Below, one piece after another: positions 1 to 10,589 of a stretch of DNA of 64,000 nt. The translations under genes were made by a program, and so were the position numbers. Positions within the stretch are counted from its first letter, which is position 1. Each line of letters starts with the position of its first letter. Source of the DNA: Callorhinchus milii (Eukaryota); the NCBI RefSeq assembly GCF_018977255.1, contig NW_024704742.1, positions 138,076,001-138,140,000 on the forward strand, read 5' to 3'. The notes below the pieces were generated by a model. It was not told where the DNA came from. It ran no database searches and was given only the letters and a program-made list of their open reading frames with translations.

Positions 1-1900
1 TTGGAGTTGCGGTTGGTGCTGGGGATGGTTCTGTGTTTGGGGTTGGCGGCAGGTGTTGGAGTTGGGGTTGAGTTTGAGGTTGGTGTTGCGTTTGGGGCTG
101 GGGTTGGGGATGGGTTTTGGGCCGGTTCTATGGTTTGGGTTGGGGTTGCGGTTGAGGTTGTGGCTGGGTTTGGGGTTGGAGTTGAGGTTGGTATTTGGGC
201 TGGGGTTGGGGCTGGCATTGGGTTCAGGTTGGTATTTGGAGCTGGGTTTGGGGCCAGGCTGGTGTTTGAGCTGGGCCTGGGGTTTTGGTTGGTGCTGGGG
301 GTGTGGCTGGGTTTAAGGTTGGGGTTGGGGTTGAGCCTGGGGTTGGAATTCAGGTTGGTATTTAGGGCTGAGGTTGTGTCTGGTGTTGGGGTTGGAATTG
401 GTGCTGTGGTTGGGGTTGACGTTGGTATTTGGGGCTGGAGTTGGGGTAGGGACTGGGACTGGTTTTGGGGTTGGAGCTGGGGTTGGTATTGGGGTTGGTG
501 TAGGGGCTGGTATTAGGGTTGGGGTTGGTGCTGGGTTTGGGGCTGGTTTTGGGATTGGGGTTGAGGTTGGTATTTGGAGCTGGGGTTGGGGTTGGGGCTG
601 AGGTTGGTATTCGGGGTTGGGTTTGGAGTTGAGGCTGGGGATTGTAGTTGAGGTGGGGGGGGTTGGGTTGATGTTGGGGATGTATTTGAGGCTAGGGCTG
701 CGCCTGGGTTGGTGCTGATGCTGGAGATGGGGTTGGAGCTGATGTTGGGGTTGGTGTTGTGGTTGGGGCTGGGGTTGGGGTTGGGGTTGAGGTTGGGGCT
801 AGGACTGGGGTTGTGGTTTGGGTTGGGTTTGGGGTTGGATCTGGTGTAGCGGTTGATATTGGTATTTGGGTTTGTGGTTGGGGCTGGTGATGGGTTTGGG
901 GCTGGGGTTGAGTTCGGGGGCTGTGGTTGGGGCTCAGGTTTCAGGCCGTGGTAGGTGTTGGGGCTGAGGTTGGGGTTGAGTTTGAGGTTGGGGCTAGGGC
1001 TGGGGTTGTGGTTTGGGTTGGGTTTGGGATTCGGTTTTGGGTTGGGGTTGCAGTTGATTTGGGTATTTGGGTTTGGAGCCTGGATTGTTGCTGGGGTTGG
1101 GGTTGGATTTGGGATTGAGGTTGCGGTTGTGGTTTGGGCTGGGGTTGAGGCTGGTGTTGGAGCTGGGATTTGGGATGGCGTTGGGGCTGGGGTTGGGATT
1201 GAGGTTGGTGTATGGGTTTGCGGCTGGGGTTGGGGCTGGGGTTAGGGCCCGGGTTGAGGCTTGCGTTGAGGCTGGGATTGGAGCTGGGATTGGGGTCGGG
1301 GGCTGTGATTGGGGCTTAGGTTTGAGGCTGCGGCAGGTGTTGGGGCTGGGGTTGGGGTTGAGTTTGAGGTTGGGCTTGTGGCTGGGGTTGGGTTTGAGGC
1401 CAGGGCTGGTGTTTGGGGATTGGGTTGAGGCTGGGGTTGAGATTGAGGTTGGGATTTGGGGCTGGGGGTAGGGCTAGTGTTGGGGTTGGGGCTGAATTTG
1501 GAGTTGGGTTTGGGGTTGATATTTAGGGTTGGGGCTGGGGTTGGGCTGGGGTTTGTATTTGGGGTTGGGTTTGGGGTTAGAGTTGAGGCTGGGGATTGTG
1601 GTTGAGGTTGGGGTTTGGGTTATGGTTGGGGTTGAGTTTGAGGCTGGGGCTGCACCTGGGTTGGTGTTGGTGCTGGGGATGGGGATGGAGCTGGGGAGGG
1701 ACTAGCGTTATGGTTGAGGCTGGGGTTGGGTTTGGGGTTGGGCTGGGGGTTGGGTTGAGGCTGGGGATTGAGGTTCATGATGGGGTTTGGGGCTGGGCTG
1801 TGGGTTGGGTTGAGGCTGGGAGTTGGGGTTGAGGCTGGGGGTTGGGGCTGCGCTGTGGGTTGGGTTGAGGCTGAGGTTGGGGCTTGGGAGTGCGAATGGT
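1..1900. repeat. Degenerate GGGGTT/GGGGCT/GAGGTT hexamer satellite
   Basis: 6-bp periodicity; source of the spurious G/V/L/W ORFs. Confidence 0.92.
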
Positions 1901-2060
1901 GCTGGTGCTGGAGAAAGGCTTCAATATTGGAGACACCATCCTCCAAGAAGACATTAAACTGAGGTGGTGTCTGTACCTGTTGAGGTGGGCATAGAGTTGC
2001 CACCCCCGAGGCCACTGATGGACAAAACCCCCTTTCCGAGCGAGACAGCTGAGACGTGAT

Positions 2061-2256
2061 CTTTAGGCTAAGGTCAAGTGTAGTTACTGTTCACATCAAT
2101 TAGTCCTTGAGCTAAAGCAATGCTGGACTTCATCTCCTCTTGAGATTGGCTTGTGTTGGTTGCCTCGATCCAATCTCACCCATAACTGCGCATTATGGGA
2201 AAGATTGAGCTCCTGACCACCCTCTGTTGGCTGGGATCGGTATTGCAGCACTTCCC
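2061..2256 (+). pseudogene. U2 snRNA-derived sequence (degenerate and remodelled)
   Basis: 2061-2100 CTTTAGGCTAAGGTCAAGTGTAGTTACTGTTCACATCAAT matches the recalled vertebrate U2 5' region at 33/40 positions. 2239-2255 GGTATTGCAGCACTTCC matches U2 stem-loop IV at 15/17. No Sm site is visible. Confidence 0.7.
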
Positions 2257-2399
2257 ATCTGAAGTTTCACAACTGGCCCCAAGGTGACGTTTGGCAACGG
2301 AATGTCGGAATCGAGCCACCGCTCTGTGTGACAGTCTCCAGTCTGGTTCCTGAGCCACGTGGGTCCACAGTATTCCAGGGCACTCACTGCTGATGACTA

Positions 2400-3370
2400 G
2401 GCCGGAGCCCGATGAGCAGAGGGAGCGAACAGGATGGTAGAGGGTTAGGAGGTCGGAGAGCTGGTGGGTAGCAAGACCATGGAGGGCTTTGAAGGTGAGG
2501 ATCAGGATATTGAACTGTATCCTTTGTGTGATGGGACGCCAGTGGAATTGGGCAAGGATGGGGGTGATTAGGGTTACAGATCCTAGTGCGGGAGAGGACA
2601 CGGGCAGCAGAGTTCTGGATGACCTGCAGCCAGTGGAGGGAGGAGTTGGGGAGGCCGCCAAGCAGTGAGTTTGCACAATCAAGTCTTGATGTAATAGAGG
2701 AATCCTTTCTAGGAATCACAGTGTTGTTAAAGTTAGCATTGTTTTGACTTGCTGTGGTTTCTGTGGACAAAACCGCTGTGATTGCCTGTAATTAATCTTA
2801 CACTTTGTCCAACTGAACATCCAGGGGGAGGGGGAGGGAAGGCAGACAGGTGGGAGGGAGACCAAAGGCATGGCCAAAGAGAAGGGTCTTGAGACCAGCC
2901 TTGAAGGCAAGTGAGGAAGCGAGGCGAAGGGACCGTGGGATGGAGTTGCAGAGTGTGGGGGCAGAGAGGCTGAAAGCCCGGCCACCGATGGTTGGGCGGG
3001 AGACATGGAGCAGCCGGAGCCCGATAAACGGAGGGAGTGGGCAGGTTGGTAGGGAGTCAGCAGGTCAGAGAGGTAGGAGGGGGCGAGGCCATGGATGGCC
3101 TTAAAGGTGAGGACGAGGATCGTGAATTCAATCCTCTGGGGGATGGGGAGCCAGTGGAGTCGGGCGAGGGGGGGAGTGATGGGGTCACGGAGTCTGGTGC
3201 CCGAGAGCACACGAGCTGCAGAGTTCTGGATGATCTGTAGATTGTGAAGGGAAGAGGTGGGAAGGCCGATGAGGAGGGAGTTCCCCTAATCGAGCCTTGA
3301 GGTGACGAATGCGTGGGTGAGGGTTTGGGCAGCCGAGGGCTGAGGCCGTGGCGGAGTCTGGCAATGCTGC
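2400..3370 (-). mobile_element. Two L2 3' fragments
   Basis: SRLD..NSLL.GLP, IQNSAARVL and LHWLPI..RI.F.IL motifs. Confidence 0.85.
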
Positions 3371-3494
3371 TCAACTGATAAAATCATTGTAATATTAGGC
3401 CTGATTCCCCCTCCCACTCCCTCCTGCTCACTCTGCGTCAAACAACCCTCCCCCTGCCCCTGCCCCTGCTCGCTCCGCACCTAATCCTCCTCCC

Positions 3495-3708
3495 TGTGTG
3501 TGCATGTATGTGAGTATGTGTGTATATGTATGTGAGTATATGTATGTGTGTCTGTATGTGTATGTGTGTCTGTATGTGTGTGTGTGTGTATGTGTGTATA
3601 TGTATGTGTGTATATGTATGTATATATGTGTGTCTGTATGTGTGTGTGTCTGTGTGTGTGTGTGTATGTGTGTGTGTATGTATATGTATGGATATATGTG
3701 TGTCTGTA

Positions 3709-3742
<34 letters not shown>

Positions 3743-4012
3743 TATATATGTGTCTGTATGTGTGTCTGTGTGTATGTGTGTGTGTGTGTATATATGTATG
3801 TATATATGTGTGTCTGTATGTGTGTGTATGTATGTGCGTGTGTGTGTATGTATGTATGTATGTATATATATGTGTGTCTGTATGTGTGTGTGTGTGTGTG
3901 TATATGTATGTATATATGTGTGTCTGTAGGTGTGTGTGTATGTGTGTGTGTGTGCGTGTGTGTGTATATGTATGTATATATATGTGTCTGTATGTGTGTG
4001 TGTGTGTGTATG
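3495..4012. repeat. (TG)n/(TATG)n compound microsatellite
   Basis: Direct reading. Confidence 0.92.
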
Positions 4013-4593
4013 CGTGCTCCCTGGCGTGTGCTCTGATTTGATGGAACACAGTCTGACTCAGCTTCCATGAAATGTTTACGCAGCCTCAGCTTTTGGCCCT
4101 GATCTCAGTGTTGGCTCCGAGGGTATCTGGGTTACATAACCGGAAGCCAGTGTCATTGCAATCCTCAGCCCCACCTCCCAGCCCACCATCAGCTAAACCC
4201 CCCACCCTCCACCCCCCACCCCCACCCCACCACCAGCCCTCAGCCCAAGACAAGCTTTCATATTATCTTAGTTCTGAACATCTCACATTGTTTCATAGGT
4301 CTTTACTGTTAGGTGTAGGGAGCGTCTGCTCTCAGCCGCCTGCACTCTCGCCTCAAGATTTGGGTTTGAGCCACACCCATCCCCCCACCATCCCCCCCCA
4401 CCACACACTCCCCTCGCTTTCAGGATATAGAGCTGTGTAGCGCAGTCCTGGGGGGGGAGAGAGAGAGAGAGAGCGTTGCATTCAGAGATGCCGTCCTCCG
4501 GATGAGACGAACCCTGAGAAGTGCTTTCAGACCTGGAAGGCGCTGGGTCAGATGTCAGGGTTATCATTAATTTTATCATCTTCAATCTCATGT

Positions 4594-4954
4594 GGAGTCC
4601 TATACTACAGTGTTTAGAGCCCTCACCTTGCAAGCCAGAGGACCTGGGTTCGATTCCCGGGCAGGACGAAACCTTAGACAAGTTTCCTTACTCCACACAC
4701 CTCTGTTTTCGCAGCAGTGAGTAGGAACCCGGTTGTCAGTCGATTGGCGGATCGCTTTCTGGGGGTAATTAATAATCCCTCCAAAAAAAGTTGCTCACTC
4801 AATCCACGACTGTTTGCGGGGACACTGCTGGGCCAATTGCCTGCCGCGTTTTGCGCACAAAATACAATTCACTCCACATTATATTCTGTGAAGCCCTTTG
4901 AGACGCCTGAAATGTGTGATAAGGCGCCATATCAAATACAGGATTATTATTATT
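4594..4954 (+). mobile_element. tRNA(Ala)-headed SINE (SINE-A), full length
   Basis: A and B boxes (GGTTCGATTCC), conserved body, L2-like tail, (TTA)n. Confidence 0.85.
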
Positions 4955-5009
4955 AAATCTCAGCCTCTGGCGACGGAGTCTCCAACAGTGAAACCGTTGA
5001 TCAGGATTT

Positions 5010-5400
5010 ACATAAGAACATAAGAATTAGGAGCAGGAGTAGGGCATTCAGCCCCTCGAGCCTGTGCCCCGCAATTCAGTAAGATCATGGCTGATCTTCT
5101 CACCTCACTCTAATTACCCGCCCTCTCCCCATATCCCCTAATCCCTCTATTTTTTAAAAATCTATCTGTCTCAGCCTTGAAGATGTTCAAGGACTGACAT
5201 CTACAGTCTTCTGGGGGAGTGAATTCCATAAATTCATTACCCTCTGAGTGAAGAAATGTTTCCTCAACTCTGTTCTAAAAGGCTGTCCCTTAATTTTCAG
5301 ACTGTGACCCCGGGTTATAGATTCTCCTCCCGGGGAAACAGACCCTCAGTGTCTACTTTATCAGCTCTTTAAGAATCTTATATGTTTCAATAAGATCTAA
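5010..5400 (-). mobile_element. CR1 3' end
   Basis: CATAAGAACATAAGAATTAGGAGCAGGAGTAGG terminus and CR1-like 3' region. Confidence 0.75.
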
Positions 5401-5479
5401 AGATTTTCAATAAGATTTACTGCTTTGATTTATCCTTTGGCAGTTTTCCCTGAAGCATCCCTTAACCTATGATGTGGGA

Positions 5480-5630
5480 GGGGGTGGGCGGGGGATGGGG
5501 GACAGTGACTAAGTCCACGGGTGGGTTACAGAAACTGAGTCACTGACAGACAGTGTGTGGCTGTGGGTGACGTTGGCTGATGTCAGTGGAAAGTTGAGGG
5601 CGGTGAGTTTGAAACTTGCTGCATAAATAC
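5480..5630 (+). promoter_or_regulatory. Putative promoter of the CCL27-like gene
   Basis: TATA-like CATAAATA at 5622-5629, about 135 nt upstream of the ATG; AP-1 TGAGTCA at 5536-5542; GGGCGG boxes near 5486 and 5598. Confidence 0.5.
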
Positions 5631-5650
5631 AGCTGAGCTCAGGGCAGCTT

Positions 5651-5739
5651 CACACTCAGCTCATCACAGCTCAGCTCATCACAGCTCAGCTCCTCACATC
5701 TCAGCTCCTCACAGCTCAGCTCATCACAGCTCAGCTCCT
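5651..5739 (+). repeat. 15-bp tandem repeat in the CCL27-like 5' UTR
   Basis: About 6 copies of CACAGCTCAGCTC(A/C)T between the TATA-like box and the ATG. Confidence 0.85.
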
Positions 5740-5760
5740 CAGTCACAGACAGCCAACAGC

Positions 5761-5824
5761 ATGGACACCAAGATCATCCTCCTTCTCCTGGTCACAGCCC
5801 TCGCTGCTCTCCACACCACACAAG
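5761..5824 (+). CDS. CCL27: CCL27-like exon 1 (signal peptide)
   Basis: ATG in context agcATGg; encodes MDTKIILLLLVTALAALHTTQ; donor CAAG|GTGAGT. Confidence 0.88.
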
Positions 5825-5972
5825 GTGAGTGTCTGCTGCCTCCTGCCTCCCACACCAACCTCACTCCGTTTCTCTTCTCAATCTCTGCCGTCAAGTGGAC
5901 TTGGGTTTGAGCCCCAGATCGGGGTATCTGAGCTCACAGTCCAGGCTGCCGCTCCAGCGCAGGGCTGGGGGG

Positions 5973-6003
<31 letters not shown>

Positions 6004-7072
6004 TACTTTGTCAAAGGCTCCATCCTTCGGATGAGATATTAAACAGAGCTCCCCCCCACCTCTTTGTACGTTCAAGCCCAATGCACACTCTGGGGTCCCC
6101 CAAAGCCTTGGCTCTCACCAACCTGCGCCTAATACTCTCCGGAATTAGGTAAGCAGGAGCCCTCCCTCCAGGGAGAGAGCGCACATTCCATCCCAACTAT
6201 CTATCTCTGGCATTTCCAGGTGTAGGAGGGATGGACGGAAATCTCAGCTGTGTTTGGAGACTCTTAAGCAAAGCTGATGGGTTTCCCCGTGTGTCAGACA
6301 CCCGACTGGGCAAAAAATAATTCAGTTGGTCATTAAAGGGAATGGTTGCCTGTTATCTGGTGAGCGCTGTACATCCAGGAGAGAGAGAGAAATAAAAAGT
6401 GTTGTTCGAGAGAAAGAGAGAGAGAATAATGGTGTGTGTTTTTACAGGGTTTCCAGCATTCCCACCTATCTCATGTTGCACCCGGGTGGTTAATTACTTC
6501 ACCAAACACCTGGGGAAACGGGTCACGAAAGTGGAGATTCAGAAAACTAATCACTGCACGATCAAGGCCGTTGTGTAAGTTTTACTCACAGAAATTTATT
6601 ATTGATAACAATAATAAACCTTGCATTTGATATAGCACCTTACCACACAGTTGCGATGTCTCAACGCGCTTCACACAATATACTCTAAAGTGTTGTGACT
6701 GTGTATTTTGTGGGCGAAACGTGGCGGCCCAACTGCCCACAGCAGTGTCCCACAAACAGTCGTCATAATAATAATAATCCTTGTGCCTTATATAGCGCAT
6801 TATCACGTCTTTGTGAAGTCTCAAAGCCCTTAACAGAATATACTGTGAAGTGTGACTGTATAACGCGGGTGATACGTGTGTGCGTGTGTTTATGGGGTGG
6901 TGAGCAATGAGTGACTGCGGGTTGGTTATTATGGGATGGCGGGGGTGTCTGGTTGCTAATGGGCTGTGTTTTGATGTCCGTTAGGCTTCACACAAGCAAA
7001 CGTAAGCTTTGCGTAGATCCCAATAACAAGGCTCTGAAAAAGTGGCTGAAGGCGAGAAAGATCCCCATGTGA
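5761..7072 (+). CDS. CCL27: CC chemokine, CCL27/CCL28-like, spliced model join(5761..5824,6448..6574,6985..7072), 92 aa
   Basis: Manual splicing with GT-AG introns in phases 1 and 2 gives MDTKIILLLLVTALAALHTTQGFPAFPPISCCTRVVNYFTKHLGKRVTKVEIQKTNHCTIKAVVLHTSKRKLCVDPNNKALKKWLKARKIPM. It has a signal peptide, a CC motif, C3, C4 and the 'CVDP...W' helix. 'PP..CCT', 'V.KVEIQ' and 'VLH' resemble CCL27/28. Linkage to PHF24 and a CCL19-like gene favours CCL27, but the symbol is less certain than the family. Confidence 0.88.
6085..6320 (+). mobile_element. Family X 3'-terminal copy in CCL27-like intron 1
   Basis: Same core motif; ends GTCAGACACCCGACTGGGCAAAAAATAA. Confidence 0.7.
6448..6574 (+). CDS. 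CCL27: CCL27-like exon 2 (CC motif)
   Basis: Acceptor tttttacag|; encodes FPAFPPISCCTRVV...NHCTIKAV; donor |GTAAGT. Confidence 0.9.
6985..7072 (+). CDS. CCL27: CCL27-like exon 3
   Basis: Acceptor ccgttag|; encodes LHTSKRKLCVDPNNKALKKWLKARKIPM*. Confidence 0.9.
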
Positions 7073-7463
7073 GGGTGTGCGAGCGACGACCAGGACGAGG
7101 GGAGGGGAAGGGGAGACCCCGGATGGAAGTGAACCCCAACTACGGAAAGCTCACATGTGCCACTTGCTCCGAGGCCTTCAGTCATCCAGACACACAGGCC
7201 TCTCGCCTACACCTGTCCCGAGCACCTGTACATGTGTGCAATGCAATATTTATCACCGTTGTTGGTCAGAAGTCGAGAAAGTTCCCCAGGCGACCGATGG
7301 CCAAGAGGAGTAGAAGGGAAGGGGAGACCCCGGACAGGAACTGAAGCCCAACCATGGAAAGCCCACATGTGCCACTTGCTCCGAGGCCTTCAGTCTTCCA
7401 GACACACAGGCCTCTCACCGACACCTGCCCCGAGCACCAACTGAGCACAGTGACTTGCTCAGT

Positions 7464-7469
7464 AATAAA
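7464..7469 (+). terminator. Polyadenylation signal of the CCL27-like gene
   Basis: AATAAA about 390 nt after the stop, followed by T-rich sequence. Confidence 0.65.
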
Positions 7470-8229
7470 TAACTTATTTTTATAAATATTTGTACCTGAG
7501 TTTCATTCAATCATCTTCTCTGTGTCTCTTCCTCCCTCTCCATCTCTCCCTCTCTCTCCATTTCTCCCCCCTCTCCAAAGCTCCCCCTCCATCTATCCTA
7601 TCCCTCCCCATCTCTCCCCCTCTATCTGCATTTCTGCCCTCCCTCTCTATTTCTCCCTCCCTTTCCATCTCTCCCCCTTGCTCCAATCTCACCCTCCCTC
7701 TCCGTCTCACCCCATCTCTCCTCTCCCTTTCCATCTCTCTATCTCCATCTTTCCCCTCCCTTTGGGTTGGGCCTGGGGCTGGGGCTGGGATTGAGGTCAG
7801 GGTTTGGGGTAAGGGTTGGGGCTGTGTTTGGGGTTGGTGTTCGGGCTTGGGTTGCGGTTCGGATTGGGGCTGCGATTGGATTTGGGGCTGGGGTTGGGGT
7901 AGGCTTGGGATTCGGGTTGTGGTTGGGGCTGGGGGTCGGGTTTGGGGTTGAGATGGCATCGCGAGCCAGCGAGCGGCAGGGCCTCGAAAGCCCTGGTAAA
8001 CCAAGCAGGACTCACGGAAGGTAAGTCAGGCAGTGGCGGGGAGTCACAGGGCTTGTCTACCGCACGTAGAAGAAGATCTCCCTGCAATCCTTTGCTGCTG
8101 CCCTGGAGTCCTTTGATCTCCTTTCCCTCTGGCCCACCTCTCTTCTCCACAGCATCCCCTCCACCACACCCGATGTCCTTGCCCCCTTCAACTCCCGAAC
8201 TGCCTCCTATTTCCGATCCTCACTCTGGT

Positions 8230-9002
8230 TCACCAGCCACCTCCGCTCACTCAAGGGCCAGGTGTGGGCTGCCAAACGCACTTGGCTCAAATCTGGCCTA
8301 ACGGTCCACCGCCACATCTGGCTGGACCTCATCAAGAACTACCACTCCACTCTCGCCTCAGCCAAATCAGCCTTCTATTCCAGGTTAATCCTGGAGGCGA
8401 AAGGCAATCCCAGGCTCCTGTTCTCCACCACTAACCGGCTCCACTGCCCTCTGCCACACGCCTGGCAGATACTTTCCTCTGATTCTCACTGCGAGAAAAT
8501 GCTGGACTTCCTTGAGTCCAAAATTGAAGGAATCCACTCAGCTGCCACTGCCCTCCCAACTTCCAACCCCTCCCTACCCCCAACCCACACAATTACCCAT
8601 CCGACAATTACCCATCCTTCCTTCCACACCTTTGAACCTGTAACCCCCTCCTCTGTCTTCAACACGGTAAACTCCATGGTAAAGTCCACCACCGCTCTTT
8701 TGACCCCATCCCTAACCCTCCCCTTAAATCCCAGCTTCACTTCCTTGCCCCACTACTCGCCGACATCATTAATCTCTCCCTGTCATCTGGCACTGTTCCT
8801 TCCCCCTCAAAGCAGCCACTATCACCCCCACCTTGAAGAAACCTTCCCTCGATCCATCACAGCTATCCAGCTACCGGCCCATATCAAATTTCCCCTTCCT
8901 ATCCAAGGTCCTTGAGAGAGCTGTTGCCTCCCAGCTTTGTTCTTTCATTTCCTCTCACTGCCTCCATGAACCCCTCCAATCAGGTTTCCGTGCTGCCCAC
9001 AG
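8230..9002 (+). mobile_element. L2 LINE ORF2 fragment
   Basis: Paralogous to 11150-11880 (AKGNPRLLFS..., SGFRAAH); ends at a G/T satellite. Confidence 0.85.
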
Positions 9003-10575
9003 TTGTTGAGGTTGGGGTTGAAGTTAGGACTGGTGTTGGGTTAGGGCTAGTGTTGGGATTGGGATTGAGGTTGAGATTGGGGCTGGGTTTGAGGTTGGAG
9101 TTGGGGCTGGGGTTGGGGCTCAGGTTGGGATTGTGGTTGGGGCTGGGGCTGAGGTTGGGGTTGGGGTTTGGGGCTGGGTTTGGGTTTGGGGTTGGGGTCG
9201 ATGCTGGGGTTGGAGCTGGAGTTGGTGCTGGGGTTAGGTGGTTGTGGTTGTTGGTTGGGGGTGGGGGTTATTGCTGAGATTGAAGTTGGGCTTTGGGGCT
9301 GGGCTGGTGTTGGGGTTTGGGATGGGGTTTGGGGTTTGCGGCAGGGGTTGGGGTTTGGAGCTGGTGTTGGGGTTGGGGATGGGGTTCGGGCTGGGGTTGA
9401 GGTTGGGCCAAGGATTTGGGTTGGGTTTGGGGTTAAGGTTGAGGTTGGGGTTGGAGTTGGGGTTGAGGTTGGGGCAGGGGTTAAGTGTTGAGGCTGGGGA
9501 TGGGGCTGGGGTTGGGGTTTTGGTTGGGGCTGGGGTTGGGTTTGAGATTGGGGTTGGGTTGGGGCTGGGATTGGGGTTGGGTTTGAGGTTGGGGTTGAGG
9601 ATTGAGGCTGGGGTTGGATTTGAGGTTGGGGTTGAGGATTGGGGCTGGGGTTCTGGCTTGGATTGGGGTAGGGTTCGGGCTGGGTTTGGGGGTTGAGGCT
9701 GGTGTTAGGCTTGAGGCTGGTTTTGGGGTTGCAGTTGGGTTTGGCGTTGGGGCTGGGGTTGGGTTTGGGGCTGGGGTTGGGTTTGGAGCTGGGGTTGGGT
9801 TTGGGGCTGGGGCTGGGTTTTGGGCTGGGTTTTGGGCTGGGTTTGTGGTTGGGACTGGGGTTGAGATTGGGGTTTGGGGTTGCGGCTGGGGTTGAGATTG
9901 GGGTTTGGGGTTGCGGCTGGGGTTGAAGTTGGGTTTTTTGTTGGTGCTGGTGTTGGGGTTTGGGTTTTGGCGGTTGTGGTTAGGGGTTAGGGTTGGGGTT
10001 TGTTGCTGAGGTTGAAATTGGGCTTTGGGGCTGGGGCTGGTGTAGAGGTTGGGGTTTGGGTTGGGGTTGGGGCTGGGGTTGGTGTTGGGGTTTGGGGTTT
10101 GAGACTGAGGTTCGGGTTGAGATTAGTGTTGGTGTTGGAGTTTGGAGTTTGCAGCAGAGGTTGGGGTTTGGAGCTGGGGCTGGGGTTAGGGTTTGGGGCT
10201 GAGGCTGGTGTTGGTGCTGGGGTTGGGGTTTGGTGCTGGGGTTGGTGTTGGGGTTTGGGGCTGTAGTTGGTGTTTGGGGTGGGGTGGTGTTGGTGTTGGT
10301 TTTTTTGGCTGGGGTTGGGTTTGAGGTTGGTGTTGGGTTTGGGGTTGGGGTTTGGAGCTGGGGCTGTGGCTGTAGCTGGAGTTTGTGGCTGGGATTGGGG
10401 TTGAGTTTGGGTTGGGGCTGGGGTTTGTTGCTGGGGTTTGGGTTGGGGTTGGGGCTGGAGTTGGGGTTTGTGGCAGAGTTGGGGTTTGTGGCTGAGTTGG
10501 GGTTGAGGTTGGTGTTGGGGTTTGGGGTTGGGGTTTGGAGCTGGGGTTTGGTTTGGATTGGGGCTGGAGTTGGAC
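9003..10575. repeat. Degenerate GGGGYT hexamer satellite
   Basis: Same type as 1-1900; smaller blocks at 7765-7950, 24515-24990 and 59660-60020 (last two inverted). Confidence 0.92.
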
Positions 10576-10589
10576 CCTTTATCACCCTT

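Noticed and set aside
1..1900. Gly/Val-rich ORFs and a possible telomeric array
   Set aside because: Degenerate hexamer satellite with no TTAGGG run and no splice or protein evidence
2061..2256. Functional U2 snRNA gene
   Set aside because: The first ~13 nt are missing, the branch-point-pairing GTAGTA is altered to GTAGTT, there is no Sm site, and the middle is replaced
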